Origin: Nemertoderma westbladi | Lineage: Eukaryota; Animalia; Xenacoelomorpha | Direction: 5' to 3' | NCBI GenBank assembly: GCA_032718475.1 | Contig: JAUCBJ010003314.1 | Span: 1 to 58,932, forward strand | Length of the DNA: 58,932 nucleotides | Part shown: one piece after another, positions 23,301 to 35,300 of the stretch | How positions within the stretch are numbered: the first letter of the stretch is position 1 | Layout of the letters: each line of letters begins with the position of its first letter | Notes under the pieces: generated by a model | Seen by the model: the letters and a program-made list of their open reading frames with translations, nothing else | Told to the model about the DNA's origin: nothing | Databases searched by the model: none | Made by a program: the position numbers and the translations under genes

Positions 23301-26300
23301 GCAGGTTGATGTCATCCGCGAAGTCGGTGTCTGTGACTGTAGTTGCCGGATATCTACTACTTCTGCGTTCTTGAAGTGGGAATCCCAGATCTTCACCCTT
23401 TGTGGCCATCCTCATTGCGTAATCCAGTACAATTACAAATAGTAATGGTGCTAATGTGTCACCTTGCAGTACACCAGCCAGGATTGAGAAATCGAGAGTT
23501 TCACCATCTGGTGAGAGTACCTGTGCTTCTGTGTCACAATATAACAATCCAATGCCAGCAATGATTACTTCTGGTATTCCATAAGCTCTTTCCTTGTAGG
23601 GCTGACCTCGATGTTTGGTGGCTGCCCAGTGCCCAAGCAAGTTGCTGAAGTGATTTTTCCACTTCCCCACACGTTCTTTGGGACCTTTGCACAACTTTTC
23701 CGACCAGATACCTCATTCACAGTATGCCAGGTAAGTCTTGATTTATAGATTTGAAGTTGTTTAGGGTCTTAAGTGCAAATGGACTTAGCAGAATTCCTAC
23801 TCCTCCAATTGATGCATTGGCCGAGTTTCTTACTGCTGAGCTTGTTACTAGCATCCATCCATTTCCAATGTCATTGTACTTCATGGCAGTGTCTTCATGA
23901 CAAATCCGATGTTCTTGGATGCAGATGATGTCGATGTTATATTCCATTGCCAGAGTGACCATGTCACCCTGTTTGCTCTGTGCTTTCAGCGTGCGTGCGT
24001 TCATTGTAGCAATCTTTAGTGTCTTTTTACATTTCAGCAGGTTGGTTCTTCCTTCTTCTCTGTCTTCTGTTCCAGTAGCCGATTTATCGACCCCAGCCTG
24101 GTGTACCACTGAGGGACGCGGTCCTTGTTGATCCAGGCGACGACCGAGCCGGTATTTCTCCTGGAGGGTTCTCATGCTCATATCTTTCAGTTGCGAGAGT
24201 AAACCGCTTGTAGTCGCAACTCCTACAAGCGTCTTCGCAGTAGGTGGCCGTTGGTTGATTACCTTCCGCCGACCTTGTCAGCATGTCTAGCCGTTGGTTG
24301 ATTACCTTCCGCCTATCCATGGCCTACAGCCCTGCTGCCGACTGTGGGAGGGGTCCTTTGTTACACCCTGAACCAAGTGTACCTCCTGGGTTAGGTTACC
24401 TAACACTGGTAGAGGAGCATCCAGTATAGACATAGCGGGGCGTGTATCTTTGAGCGTCGTGTATCAGAGCGGAGCTATTGCAGATGCGTACTCAAACCTT
24501 TGCCTTCAATGCAAATATACAAGGTGTTACAAAACAAATTACATATTGTAGCGAATATGATACAAATATAAATATTGATCTATAATATAATATTTCTAAA
24601 TTTTATTATTCCATGGTATTGTTTGGCTCATTTATTATCCAAATTACGGAAAAAAAATTGTTTTTCTCTCAAATTCGAAAATCATGCAGTAGAGGGTTAA
24701 CTTCGGGGTTTGTCTGGTCTTCACGACGCCTAGTGTCACCAGGGTTCGAATCCTTTTCAGGGTCGCACCAAGCTGACCAGCATGGCTCGGGCGGTCTGAG
24801 TCCCTTGGTTGGCCCTTGTGTTCCATTCACCCCTCGCAATCCCTTTCAGGGTTGGTCCTAAGGCAAGTCAAGCGGCTTAGCTCGGGTGTCGGCTGTCCCT
24901 ATCTCCCGCACTCTGCCTAGTGTCAATGTAACACGAATCCTTTTCAGGCTGGTGCTACGCCAACCGGTTCAGCTTGGGGCCCCTGCCTTTTTGACGCCTA
25001 GTGTCGCTCTACTCCGAATCCTTTTCAGGATCATGCTAGGATGACCATCACCACTCAGGCATTTGTCCTTTGGCATCCATGAACTCTACCTGGTGCCAGA
25101 TTGTACTTGAATTCTGGGAATTCATTGTGAGTGACGGTTTTGTTGTTTAGTCGTCATTAAAAACCGCCATAACTTAATTAATTTTAACTTTTTGCCCTTC
25201 CGGTTTTATGCACATGGTGCCCGGGACTTTTCGGATTATTCATTTATTAGAGTTTATGAATTTCATATATGCCCGGCATCGGCAATGATAATAACGCGAA
25301 CATGATATAACATATGTAAACTGTGGAAGTAAATATAACATACCTTGAAGTAAAGTGGCATTGAAATTGCTTTGTATCGACGGCACGTAAATAATTGTTA
25401 ATTATTACATCAGTGTAGTTGGTTTTTTTATTTTTATTATTTTTCCAGTTATTATATTTTGTTACACAATTGAGCACTTTGTATCAATTCTATTCTATTA
25501 TATCTATCTTATATCTATATATCTTATTATATCCATCAATTCAAGTTTTTGGGTGCTTGCTTCTATTAATTGCAAAATGTTATTTGCAGAAGAAGACCAC
25601 CCAGAATGCGACGGAGCAATAAGTCAATGGTACGACAGAGACAACCCCAGTGGAACCGGGGATTGGGAGGAACTCAGTTCCTTACTTTCATCCAATAATC
25701 AAGCAGACGAATGTTAGTATTAGATAAACCGCAATCTATTATTGTGCCCCATGCAGTGTTGAAACTTAATACTGGTAATCTCTGTCCATTATTGTCGATG
25801 CTATAAATCTACAGTACTACTACTACTAGGTCGATACTACTAGGTTAGGTATAATATCTTTCAGTTGCGAGAGTAAACCGCTTGTGGTTTGCTCTCGTAA
25901 ACCGTTTGTGAGTAAGTCGCAACTCCTACAAGCGTCTTCGCAGTAGGTCGCCGTTGGTTGATTACCTTCCGCCGACCTTGTCAGCATGTCTAGCCGTTGG
26001 TTGATTACCTTCCGCCTATCCATGGCCTACAGCCCTGCTGCCGACTGTAGGGGTCCTTTGTTACACACTGAACCAAGTGTGCCTCCTGGGTTAGGTTACC
26101 TAACACTGGTAGAGGAGCATCCATTATAGACAGAAATCGACAGTACGTAATAAATAGTCCACACCTTCTACTCTACATCTATCGATTCTATTACAACAGT
26201 GTTATTATACTGTGCTATATCTAGTGTTATACACTTATTATTGAAATTAATTTTATAAAAATGATATCCTAATTACGTTTATTTTTCAGGGTTTAAGGCA

Positions 26301-29300
26301 CACAATTGCTTTCAACCAGTATTTTCTGAGGCTAGGACTGCTCAAACTCACATCAATGCCTTGGCAACCGGGGACACCTTTCATATGTATTCAGCTGATG
26401 GTCTTATTTGTAGAAATAGTGATCAGAGCAACGGCAACCAGTGCGATGATTATGAGATACGGTTCTGCTGTCCGGGTAGGTTTGTTCCTGCTGTCCGGGT
26501 AGGATTGTTCCTGGTATCCGGGTAGGTTTGTTCTGGTGTCCGGGTAGGTTTGTTCTTGGTGTCCGGGTAGGTTTGTTCCTGGTGTCCGGGTAGGTTTGTT
26601 CCTGGTGTCCGGGTAGGTTTCTTTATGCTGTCCGGGTAGGTTTGTTCCTGGTGTCCGGGTAGGTTTCTTTATGCTGTCCGGGTAGGTTTGTTCCTGTTGT
26701 CCGGGTAGGTTTGTTCATGCTGTCCGGGTAGGTTTGTTCTTGGTGTCCGGGTAGGTTTCTTTATGCTGTCCGGGTAGGTTTGTTCCTGGTGTCCGGGTAG
26801 GTTTGTTCCTGGTGTCCGGGTAGGTTTGTTCCTGGTGTCCGGGTAGGTTTCTTTATGCTGTCCGGGTAGGTTTGTTCCTGGTGTCCGGGTAGGTTTCTTT
26901 ATGCTGTCCGGGTAGGTTTGTTCCTGTTGTCCGGGTAGGTTTGTTCATGCTGTCCGGGTAGGTTTCTTTATGCTGTCCGGGTAGGTTTGTTCCTGATGTC
27001 CGGGTAGGTTTGTTTCTGCTGTCCGGGTAGGTTTGTTCCTGCTGTATTAAGTATTAAGTATTATTGTAGTATGGATATATAGTGTATTATGGATATTGGA
27101 TAGATGTATACGATTAGGATAGGCCTACAGTAATTTAGTTTAAGGAATATTGTTTTATATCCCAAACAGGTAGCCCAAGCCAATGTCCTGGACCATTGAG
27201 TCAATGGTACGATAGAGACAATCCCACAGCTACTGGTGATTGGGAAGATTTGAATTCACTTCTATCGACAAACAATCAGGCAGAGCAATGTATGTATTTA
27301 ATATATATATATTTAAAATAAAAATAATATATGTTAATATATATATATATTAAATGTTTACTGAACGATACCTAATAGGATACATGTTATACTCTTCGGT
27401 AGGCCGCCCAGGACTTTCTATTAACCATAGATAAATATACTAGTACTAGTATCGGCATGCAGCATTGCAGCTGCATTTTTAAGAATGCTGTGCCGGCTTT
27501 GTCGTCAAAATTGCGCCGCCACAACTCCATATCACCCATGACATTTGCTAGATCATCCGCATCTTCAAGGCCAGTGTCCTTTAAGATGCATCTCAAGAAA
27601 GTCATGGGCTGTCCACCATGCTTATTCACTCCATGAGGCTGCCAAAGTACAAGATTATGCACTGGCTGGTCCTCACGGCGAAAGCAATGTCCTGCAAAGT
27701 GGAGGCGGCTTTGTTCTAGTATCAAGCTTGGGGGAACCAATGAGACACCTCCAATGTTATATAGTGTCTGGTTGGAGATGTGCGCATTGTACGTGACACA
27801 ATGATAAATAGATAAATAAGATTAATATAAATATATATTTAAGTTCAATACTAATGAACAGGAGGGTGTATGTGTGCAAAAGCTCCCTTGCCCATAAAGG
27901 TACGGGGAAATTACCCGTTGCCATGTCCCCATGGGAAATAAACATAGGTTTTTTTTCACTGTAAGATGACTATTAAAATATATGACAAGACACTACCTAT
28001 AGATATAGGGGACTTCACACCTGCCGAACTCCAAAGAAGCATTAAAAGCATGTCCAATAATAAAGCGAGTGGATTAGATGAAATCCCAGCGAAGGTATGG
28101 AAAACAGGAGTGCTAAACAGACCATTATTGAATGATTGCAACCGGATGTTAAAAGGGTAAAAGCCACCACCAATTTGGACTAAAGGTCAACTAAGTCCTC
28201 TCCCTAAGAAAGGAGACCTCGGTGTACCAACAAACTATCGTGGGATCTGTCTGCTTGTGGTAGCTGCCAAAGAATTAGAACGTATAGAATTAGACCTCAC
28301 GCGCTACGGAGACTGATTGAGGGAATTAAGTAAAATAATCTTCCCGTTGTCCTGAGTTTTGTGGACTTCAAGAAGGCATTCGACTCCATCCATAGAGGGA
28401 AAATGCTTGAAATCCTAAGAGCTTATGGAATACCAGAGGTAATTGTGGCTGGCATTGGATTATTATATTGTGACACAGAAGCTCAGGTACTCTCACCAGA
28501 TGGTGAAACTGAGTTTTTCTCAATCCTGGCTGGGGTACTGCAAGGTGACACATTGGCGCCATTACTATTTGTAATTGTACTGGATCACGCAATGAGGACG
28601 GCTACAAAGGGTGAAGATCTGGGATTCATACTTCAAGAACGCAGAAGTAGTAGATATCCGGCAACTACAGTCACAGACACCGACTTTGCGGATGACATCG
28701 CCCTGCTCTCTAATACGCTAGCAGATGCACAGCTTCTACTACATAAAGTGGAGAGGGCTGCTAAGGAGGTTGGATTGCATATAAATGCTACCAAGACCGA
28801 ATTCATGACTTTTTATGTTAATGGAAACTTGACAACCATTGTGTGGCGCCCCAAAAGGATCTAACAGACTTCTGCGCCTCTTAGCAACTGACATATACCG
28901 GTACTGATAATTCAGTAATTATACTGCACTGTTGTGTCTGTTAGTCAGTCATTTGTTTGTAACATTATATTATATTATTTGAGTGCAAGGATTTTTTATG
29001 TTGGATTATCCTCGCCCCACAATTGGTGACCCGGACTCTAACTGAACTTTTCGCAACCGCACTATGGCCCAACCGGTCCTTACTGAGGAGCAACTCGACG
29101 CACTCGCAAAAACCCTCGCCAACCGGGTACCTCCTAGCAGCGCAGGTACTTCAAGCCTTACTGGACCGTATGTCACAGCCGTTGCACTAAAACTGCCTAT
29201 TTTCTGGACAGCTGACCCGGAGGTATGGTTTGTGCAGGCTGAGGCCCAGTTTGCCTCCCGTGCGCCTGCCATCACTGCTGACCAGACTAAGTTCAACCAT

Positions 29301-32300
29301 GTTGTTTCTGCACTTGACAATTCGACCGCAGTCGAAGTCCGTGCAATGCTCCTCAACCCACCCGCCATTGGCCGCTACGATGCCCTGAAGACTGCACTAA
29401 TCGAAGCGTTTGGTAAAACGCAGGCTGTTAAGGACAATGAACTGCTCAACCTTCATGGACTAGGCGACCGCCTGCCTTCCGCACTGCTGCGTCGCATGAA
29501 GGGACTTAACGCTGATCCGGAAACGATTTTTCGCGCACTTTTCTTAGCCCAACTTCCCATTGATGTCCGTCGTGTCCTCGCTGCCACAGCTACAACTGAC
29601 CTTGACGACCTGGCCAGGGAAGCTGACCGGATTGTGCAGGCTGGCCAGTTCAACACCGGTTCTGTCGCTGCTGCCACCCGCCAACCTCAGCAGATGCAGA
29701 AGAACCTCTGCTACTTCCACAGCCGATTTGGTGATAAGGCCCGCAACTGTGACCGAGACAGGTGTCCCATGGCCCACCTACTGCCAGCCAAAACACCCAA
29801 ACTGGCTGCGGGAAACGCATTGGCCGGCCGCTAGTGGCAGCGGTCGGCCCATCTCCCTCGCCCACGTTTTCCACATCGCTTTCATTCCCTACAGAGAATG
29901 TTTCTAAGACTTTCTCTAGCGCCCTCACCATGAAGAGCGGGGCCATGACGGTGTGGGACTGGCGATCTGGCCGCACGTTTCTTGTTGACTCTGGTGCTGA
30001 TGAGAGCGTTTACCCGGCCTCCACCAATGACCGCCATGGTACTCACTCTGCGGACCTCATTGCTGCAAATGGTTCAATTATCCGCACATATGGCAAACGG
30101 GATATCTCCCTCATACTCGGAAACAACCGCACTTTTGTCCAGAGCTTCTGGATTGCAGAGGTGACACAGCCCATCCTCGGTGCAGATTTTTTTATAACTA
30201 ATCGCCTAGCCATCGACCTTGCTGGCCGCCAACTCCTCAGTCTTGACCATCTCCGGCCAATCCCCGCCAAGGCGGCCCGCCCAACTCAAGTCAGTGGACT
30301 TCATCTTGTCCGATCCGGTTTCGAGGCCATACTGGATGATTTCCCGGAACTACTTATTCCACGTTTCCGGCCGGATGACCCTGTCAGGCACAACACGGAG
30401 CACCACATTGTCACTGAGGGCCCACCAGTACATGCGCGCGCACGTCGCCTCGATGGTGAGAAATTGGCCATCGCCAAGGCGGAGTTTGATGAGATGGAAC
30501 GCCTCGGTATTGTCCGCCGCTCTGCCTCGCCATGGTCATCGCCTCTCCACATCGCCCCGAAACCCAGTGGTGGGTGGCGACCATGCGGTGACTACAGGCG
30601 CCTTAATGACATTACAATCGATGACGGCTACCCGCTTCCCCACCTGCAGGATTTCAACAATAACCTTGCAGGTAAGCGTTTCTTCTCTGTCATCGACCTC
30701 GTCCGGGGTTTTCACCATATCCCCATGCATGCTGATGATATTGCCAAGACTGCCATCATCACGCCTTTCGGTCTCTATGAGTTCTTACGCATGCCCTTTG
30801 GCCTAAAGAATGCAGCACAAGCATTCCAACGGCTGATGGATGGCATATTGCAAGGCATTGATTACGTTTTCGTCTACTTAGACGACATCCTCGTCTCGAG
30901 CAGCACAGCCGAGGAGCATGCTGAGCACCTGCGCCAGGTATTCCGTCTGCTTGCTGCAAATGGCCTTGTTGTGAACCGCCGCAAGAGCCTCTTCGGGGAG
31001 TCGGAGCTGCAATACCTCGGCCACCTCGTCTCTACCACTGGAATCTCTCCACTCCCATCACGTGTCGATGCCATCATCAATGTCCCCATCCCTACCTCAA
31101 AGCTTGAGCTCCAGCGTTTCCTTGGTATGATAAATTTCTACCGTCGGTTCATGCCATACCTCGCCTCCAAGCTGAACCCACTCCACGAGGCCACTGCTGG
31201 AAAGGGACAGTCCATCACCTGGACCTACGCCTGCAATGAGGCTTTTGTGGCAGCCAAGTCTGCCCTAGCAGATGCCACACTGCTCCACCACCCTGACCCA
31301 TCCGTACCCACATCAGTCACTGTTGATGCCTCTAACAATGGTGTCGGTGCGGAGCTTGCCCAACTTCAGAAGGGCACCTGGAAGCCAATAAGTTTTTTCT
31401 CGCGAAAGCTTTCTGCCGCAGAAAAAAACTATAGCACTTTCGACCGGGAACTGCTTGCCATCTATGAGGCCATACGCCATTTCCGCCAATATGTAGAAGG
31501 CAAGCCACTGACGGTTTATACCGACCATAAACCCCTCGTGTTTGCCTTCTCCAGTGATTCCAACCGCTCACCACGCCAGACTCGTCATCTCTCGCTTATT
31601 GCTGAATACACAACGGATGTACGGCACATCAGCGGCAAAGGAAACATCGTTGCAGACACACTCTCCCGAGCAGTATGTGCCTCTGCTGCCATTGCCCTCC
31701 CAACTATTGACTACACCAAGTTAGCTGCTGACCAAGGGTGCGAAGAGATCAATGCCTACCGCACAGCCATTACTGGCATGACACTTGTTGATGTCCAACT
31801 GACAAACAATGTCTCCATCCTATGCGATACCTCCACCGGCAAACCGCGCCCTATTGTCCCAGCAACATGGACCCATCGTATATTTGGTGCAATTCATGGA
31901 CTCTCCCACCCGGGGCCTCGACCCACACAGCGTGCCATATCTGCCCGTTTCGTTTGGCATGGACTCAAGCGTGATGTGCGCCGCTGGTGCCGTGAGTGCC
32001 ACCCATGCCAGGCGTCAAAGGTCACCCAACATGTGCATGCACCCGTGACTCAACGCCCAACTCCAGAGCGACGTTTCGGCAGTTTGCACGTCGACCTCGT
32101 TGGACCTCTTCCAGAGTCTGAGGGCAATGTCTACCTCTTCACAATAATAGACCGCTTCACACGCTGGCCCGAGGCCATACCAATCACCAATAGTGAGACT
32201 GTGACGTGTGTTCGCTCCCTCATCCGCGGCTGGATATCCCGCTTTGGTATTCCAAACGACATCACATCTGACCGTGGCCCTCAATTTACAAGCTGCCTCT

Positions 32301-35300
32301 GGTCCGAACTCGGAGCAACACTCGGCATCTCAACCAGCAACACAACTGCCTACCATCCTGCAGCCAATGGTATGGTGGAGCGGCTGCACCGACAACTGAA
32401 AGCAGCACTGAAGGCACGCCTAACCGGACACAATTGGATGGATGAACTACCCCTTGTCCTACTCGGCATTCGTACTGCCTGGCGCGAGGGCACTAATGCA
32501 TCAGCAGCTGAGCTTGTCTATGGCACAGCCCTGCGTGTGCCAGGTGAGTTTGTGCCAGATACCTCGCGTGCCACAGCCCCATCTGACGCTTTCCTCCGCC
32601 AGCTGCAGGCTGACATGCGTGCCATACAGCCACCTCCTGTCGTATTCCACGCTGATCCACCAGTCCACATGCCTGCTGCCCTCGACAAGGCCACACACGT
32701 GTACATCCGCCACGATGCTCACCGCACACCCTTACAGCGACCTTATGATGGTCCCTTCCGCGTCCTCCAAGCTGGTGACAAATCCTTCATTGTTGACCGC
32801 AATGGCAAAGAATATACTGTCTCTGTGGACCGGCTGAAAGCCGCTTACCTGCCAATGCAGCCTCCACCCCAGCCCATTCCACAACCTCAACAGCCTCCTG
32901 GTTCGCCACTTCCAGCAACTGTAACACGCTCAGGCCGTCATGTCCGCCGGCCAGCCCGTTTCCCTGACTAACGAATCGCCACCTCGTCCAGGAACTCGGC
33001 CCTGTCCTCCTCGCTGGGGGGAGGCACTGTGGCGCCCCAAAAGGATCTAACAGACTTCTGCGCCTCTTAGCAACTGACATATACCGGTACTGATAATTCA
33101 GTAATTATACTGCACTGTTGTGTCTGTTAGTCAGTCATTTGTTTGTAACATTATATTATATTATTTGAGTGCAAGGATTTTTTATGTTGGATTATCCTCG
33201 CCCCACAATTGATAATAATCAACTAAGGAAGGTTTACGACTTCCGGTACCTTGGATCATGGATAGAGAGTAGCAAAAAGGACATAGAAGTTAGGAAAGCA
33301 AATGCTTGGGTAGCTCTACCAAAAATGGATACCATCTGGAAATCAGATCTTTCCAGGCACCTGAAGACTAAGTTATTTCGAGTCACAATGGAAAGTGTAC
33401 TTTTATACGGGGGTGAGACCTGGACACTGACGAAATCACTTGAACACCGAATTGATCGTTGCCACACAAGACTACTAAGGGCAACCCTAAACATCAGCTG
33501 GAGACAACACATGACAAACGCCGAGCTTTATGGTACAATACCACCTGTATCAACCACCCTCCGTGAATGCAGATTAAGATTCAGTGGGCACTGCTGGAGA
33601 AGTAAAGACGAGGTCATACCAGTTCTACTTTTCTGGCAATCAACACATGGAAAGCGTAATCGTGGACGACCGGCCATAACAAATATAGATCAACTTGAAA
33701 GGGATACTGAACTTGGGAGAAACGAAATTGCGACAACTACGGAGAATCGGGAAGGTTGGAAGAATCTCATTTCCACTGTCCGAGTTAGCTCGACCTAGTA
33801 GTAGTAAGATGGTTTTAAATACTAGTTAGAATCTATGATTAAGAGGAAATGGGTATCACTCAGTTCAGCTGGGTTTACAGAAATAAATGACAACTCAAGT
33901 TGAGACTTCATATATTTAGACTATTAACAATTTTTTACGATTCTATTTAGTTTCAGTTCGAAGTAAAGCTCTTCGGAATTCCTTGATTAGATTTATATTT
34001 GAATTGAAAGTTAATACTTTTAACACTCCACATTTTGAGATGTGCTATGGGGTTGCCCGCAGTGTTTCATGAGGTTTCCCACAGTGTTTCATGAGGTTTC
34101 CCACAGTGTTTCATGTGGTTGCTCGCTGTGTTTCATGATGTTGCCCGCAGTGTTTCATGATGTTTCCCGTAGTGTTTCATGATGTTGCCCGCAGTGTTTC
34201 ATGAGGTTGATCGCCGCAGTGTTTCAAATTTAACCCTATTAGTACCAGGGTATAAAATTATGAATTCACTTATACGATGCTATAAATTCATATTTTCAGG
34301 TTTTCTGGGGCGCTGATTCTAATGGAATACATTTCAAATTTGCCAGATCATTTCTACTCGTATTTTTCGGCGTATTATGGTAAATTTTGGTGCTAGCACT
34401 AAATTTCGTAGCCATCACAAAAATGTAGAAGTTTGAGATGTCTTGTGCTGTTTTTATTGATTCCATCGGATTGAGGACCCTTATAAACCTGAATAACGCA
34501 TGAAACAAGATGATACTATCAATTGATCAATTTGCTTATTTTCAAAAATTTGGTGCTGACACAACAATTTTCAACCACCGGCGAAAAATACAAGTTTGAA
34601 ATGTAAAATACATGTAATTTTTATCGTATTCCATTGAATTTAGAACCCTCACAAACCCATATAACGCAAGAAACAAGGTGACACAATCAATTGCTATATT
34701 TGATGGATTTCAAAATTTGGTGCTAGCACCAAATTTTGCACCCACTTTCGAAAAATACAAGTCTGAGAAATACTAGTTACATGATTATTTATTCCATTGA
34801 ATTCAGAACCGCCATAAACATCTAAAACGCTTGAAATAAGTTGTCGCAAGCAATTGAACTATTGAATGTATTTTCAAAATTTCGTGCTGGCACCAAATAT
34901 TGCATACAGCACCGAAAAATACAAGTTTGATACCCCTGGTGCAACTCGTATTTATTCCATCGAAATCAGAAACCCAAAAGCCCCTATTGCGCAAAAAACA
35001 GATTCAAACAATCAATTTACAAAATTGACATTTCAAAATTTGGTGCAGGCACCAAAATTTGGCACCCGCTGAAAAAAACAAGTTTGAAATTTTTAAATTA
35101 ATTTATATGAATTCCATCTAATTGCGAACACCAAAAAACCGGGGTAAATCAAAAATAGAGATGTTACAAATCATATTTCAATAAATGTAATTTTCAAAAA
35201 AGTATCAAAAAAAGTTCCAAAAGTAGGGTTAAAAAATGGTGCTGTAACTCGAAAACTTCCCAATATTTTTGAAAACCGTTTTCACTATTAGGAAGAAGAC

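Larger units (their letters stand above)
20078..24696 (+). mobile_element. Defective piggyBac DNA transposon with a nested RTE LINE
   Basis: TTAA at 20074-20077 and 24697-24700; TIR CCCTCTATTGCAAGAT vs CCCTCTACTGCATGAT. Confidence 0.9.
28842..33207 (+). mobile_element. Full-length Ty3/Gypsy LTR retrotransposon, CsRn1-like clade (4366 bp)
   Basis: Two 180-bp TG...CA LTRs, ATTG TSD (28838-28841 and 33208-33211), PBS, PPT, and intact gag and pol in PR-RT-RH-IN order. Confidence 0.96.
27970..33805 (+). mobile_element. RTE LINE family 1, 5'-truncated, interrupted by a Gypsy element
   Basis: KASGLDEIP, LPKKGDL-x4-NYRGI, FVDFKKAFDSIHR, GVLQGDTLAP and DFADD; the frame resumes after 33211 (DFRYLGSW, RLRFSGHCWR); (TAG)n tail. 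Confidence 0.88.

Noticed and set aside
24300-24544. HDV-like ribozyme at the RTE 5' end
   Set aside because: Some RTEs have one, but I could not build the nested double pseudoknot by eye; only simple hairpins were seen. An RNArobo or Infernal search would settle it.
29022-29025. ATTG after the 5' LTR equals the TSD, suggesting longer LTRs
   Set aside because: The TG...CA ends, the PBS position and the uninterrupted RTE copy all fix the LTR at 180 bp; the match is treated as coincidence.
29006-33080. Antisense and alternative-frame ORFs within the Gypsy element, or an env gene
   Set aside because: These are short shadows of GC-rich gag-pol with no motifs; only ~55 bp separate the pol stop from the 3' LTR.
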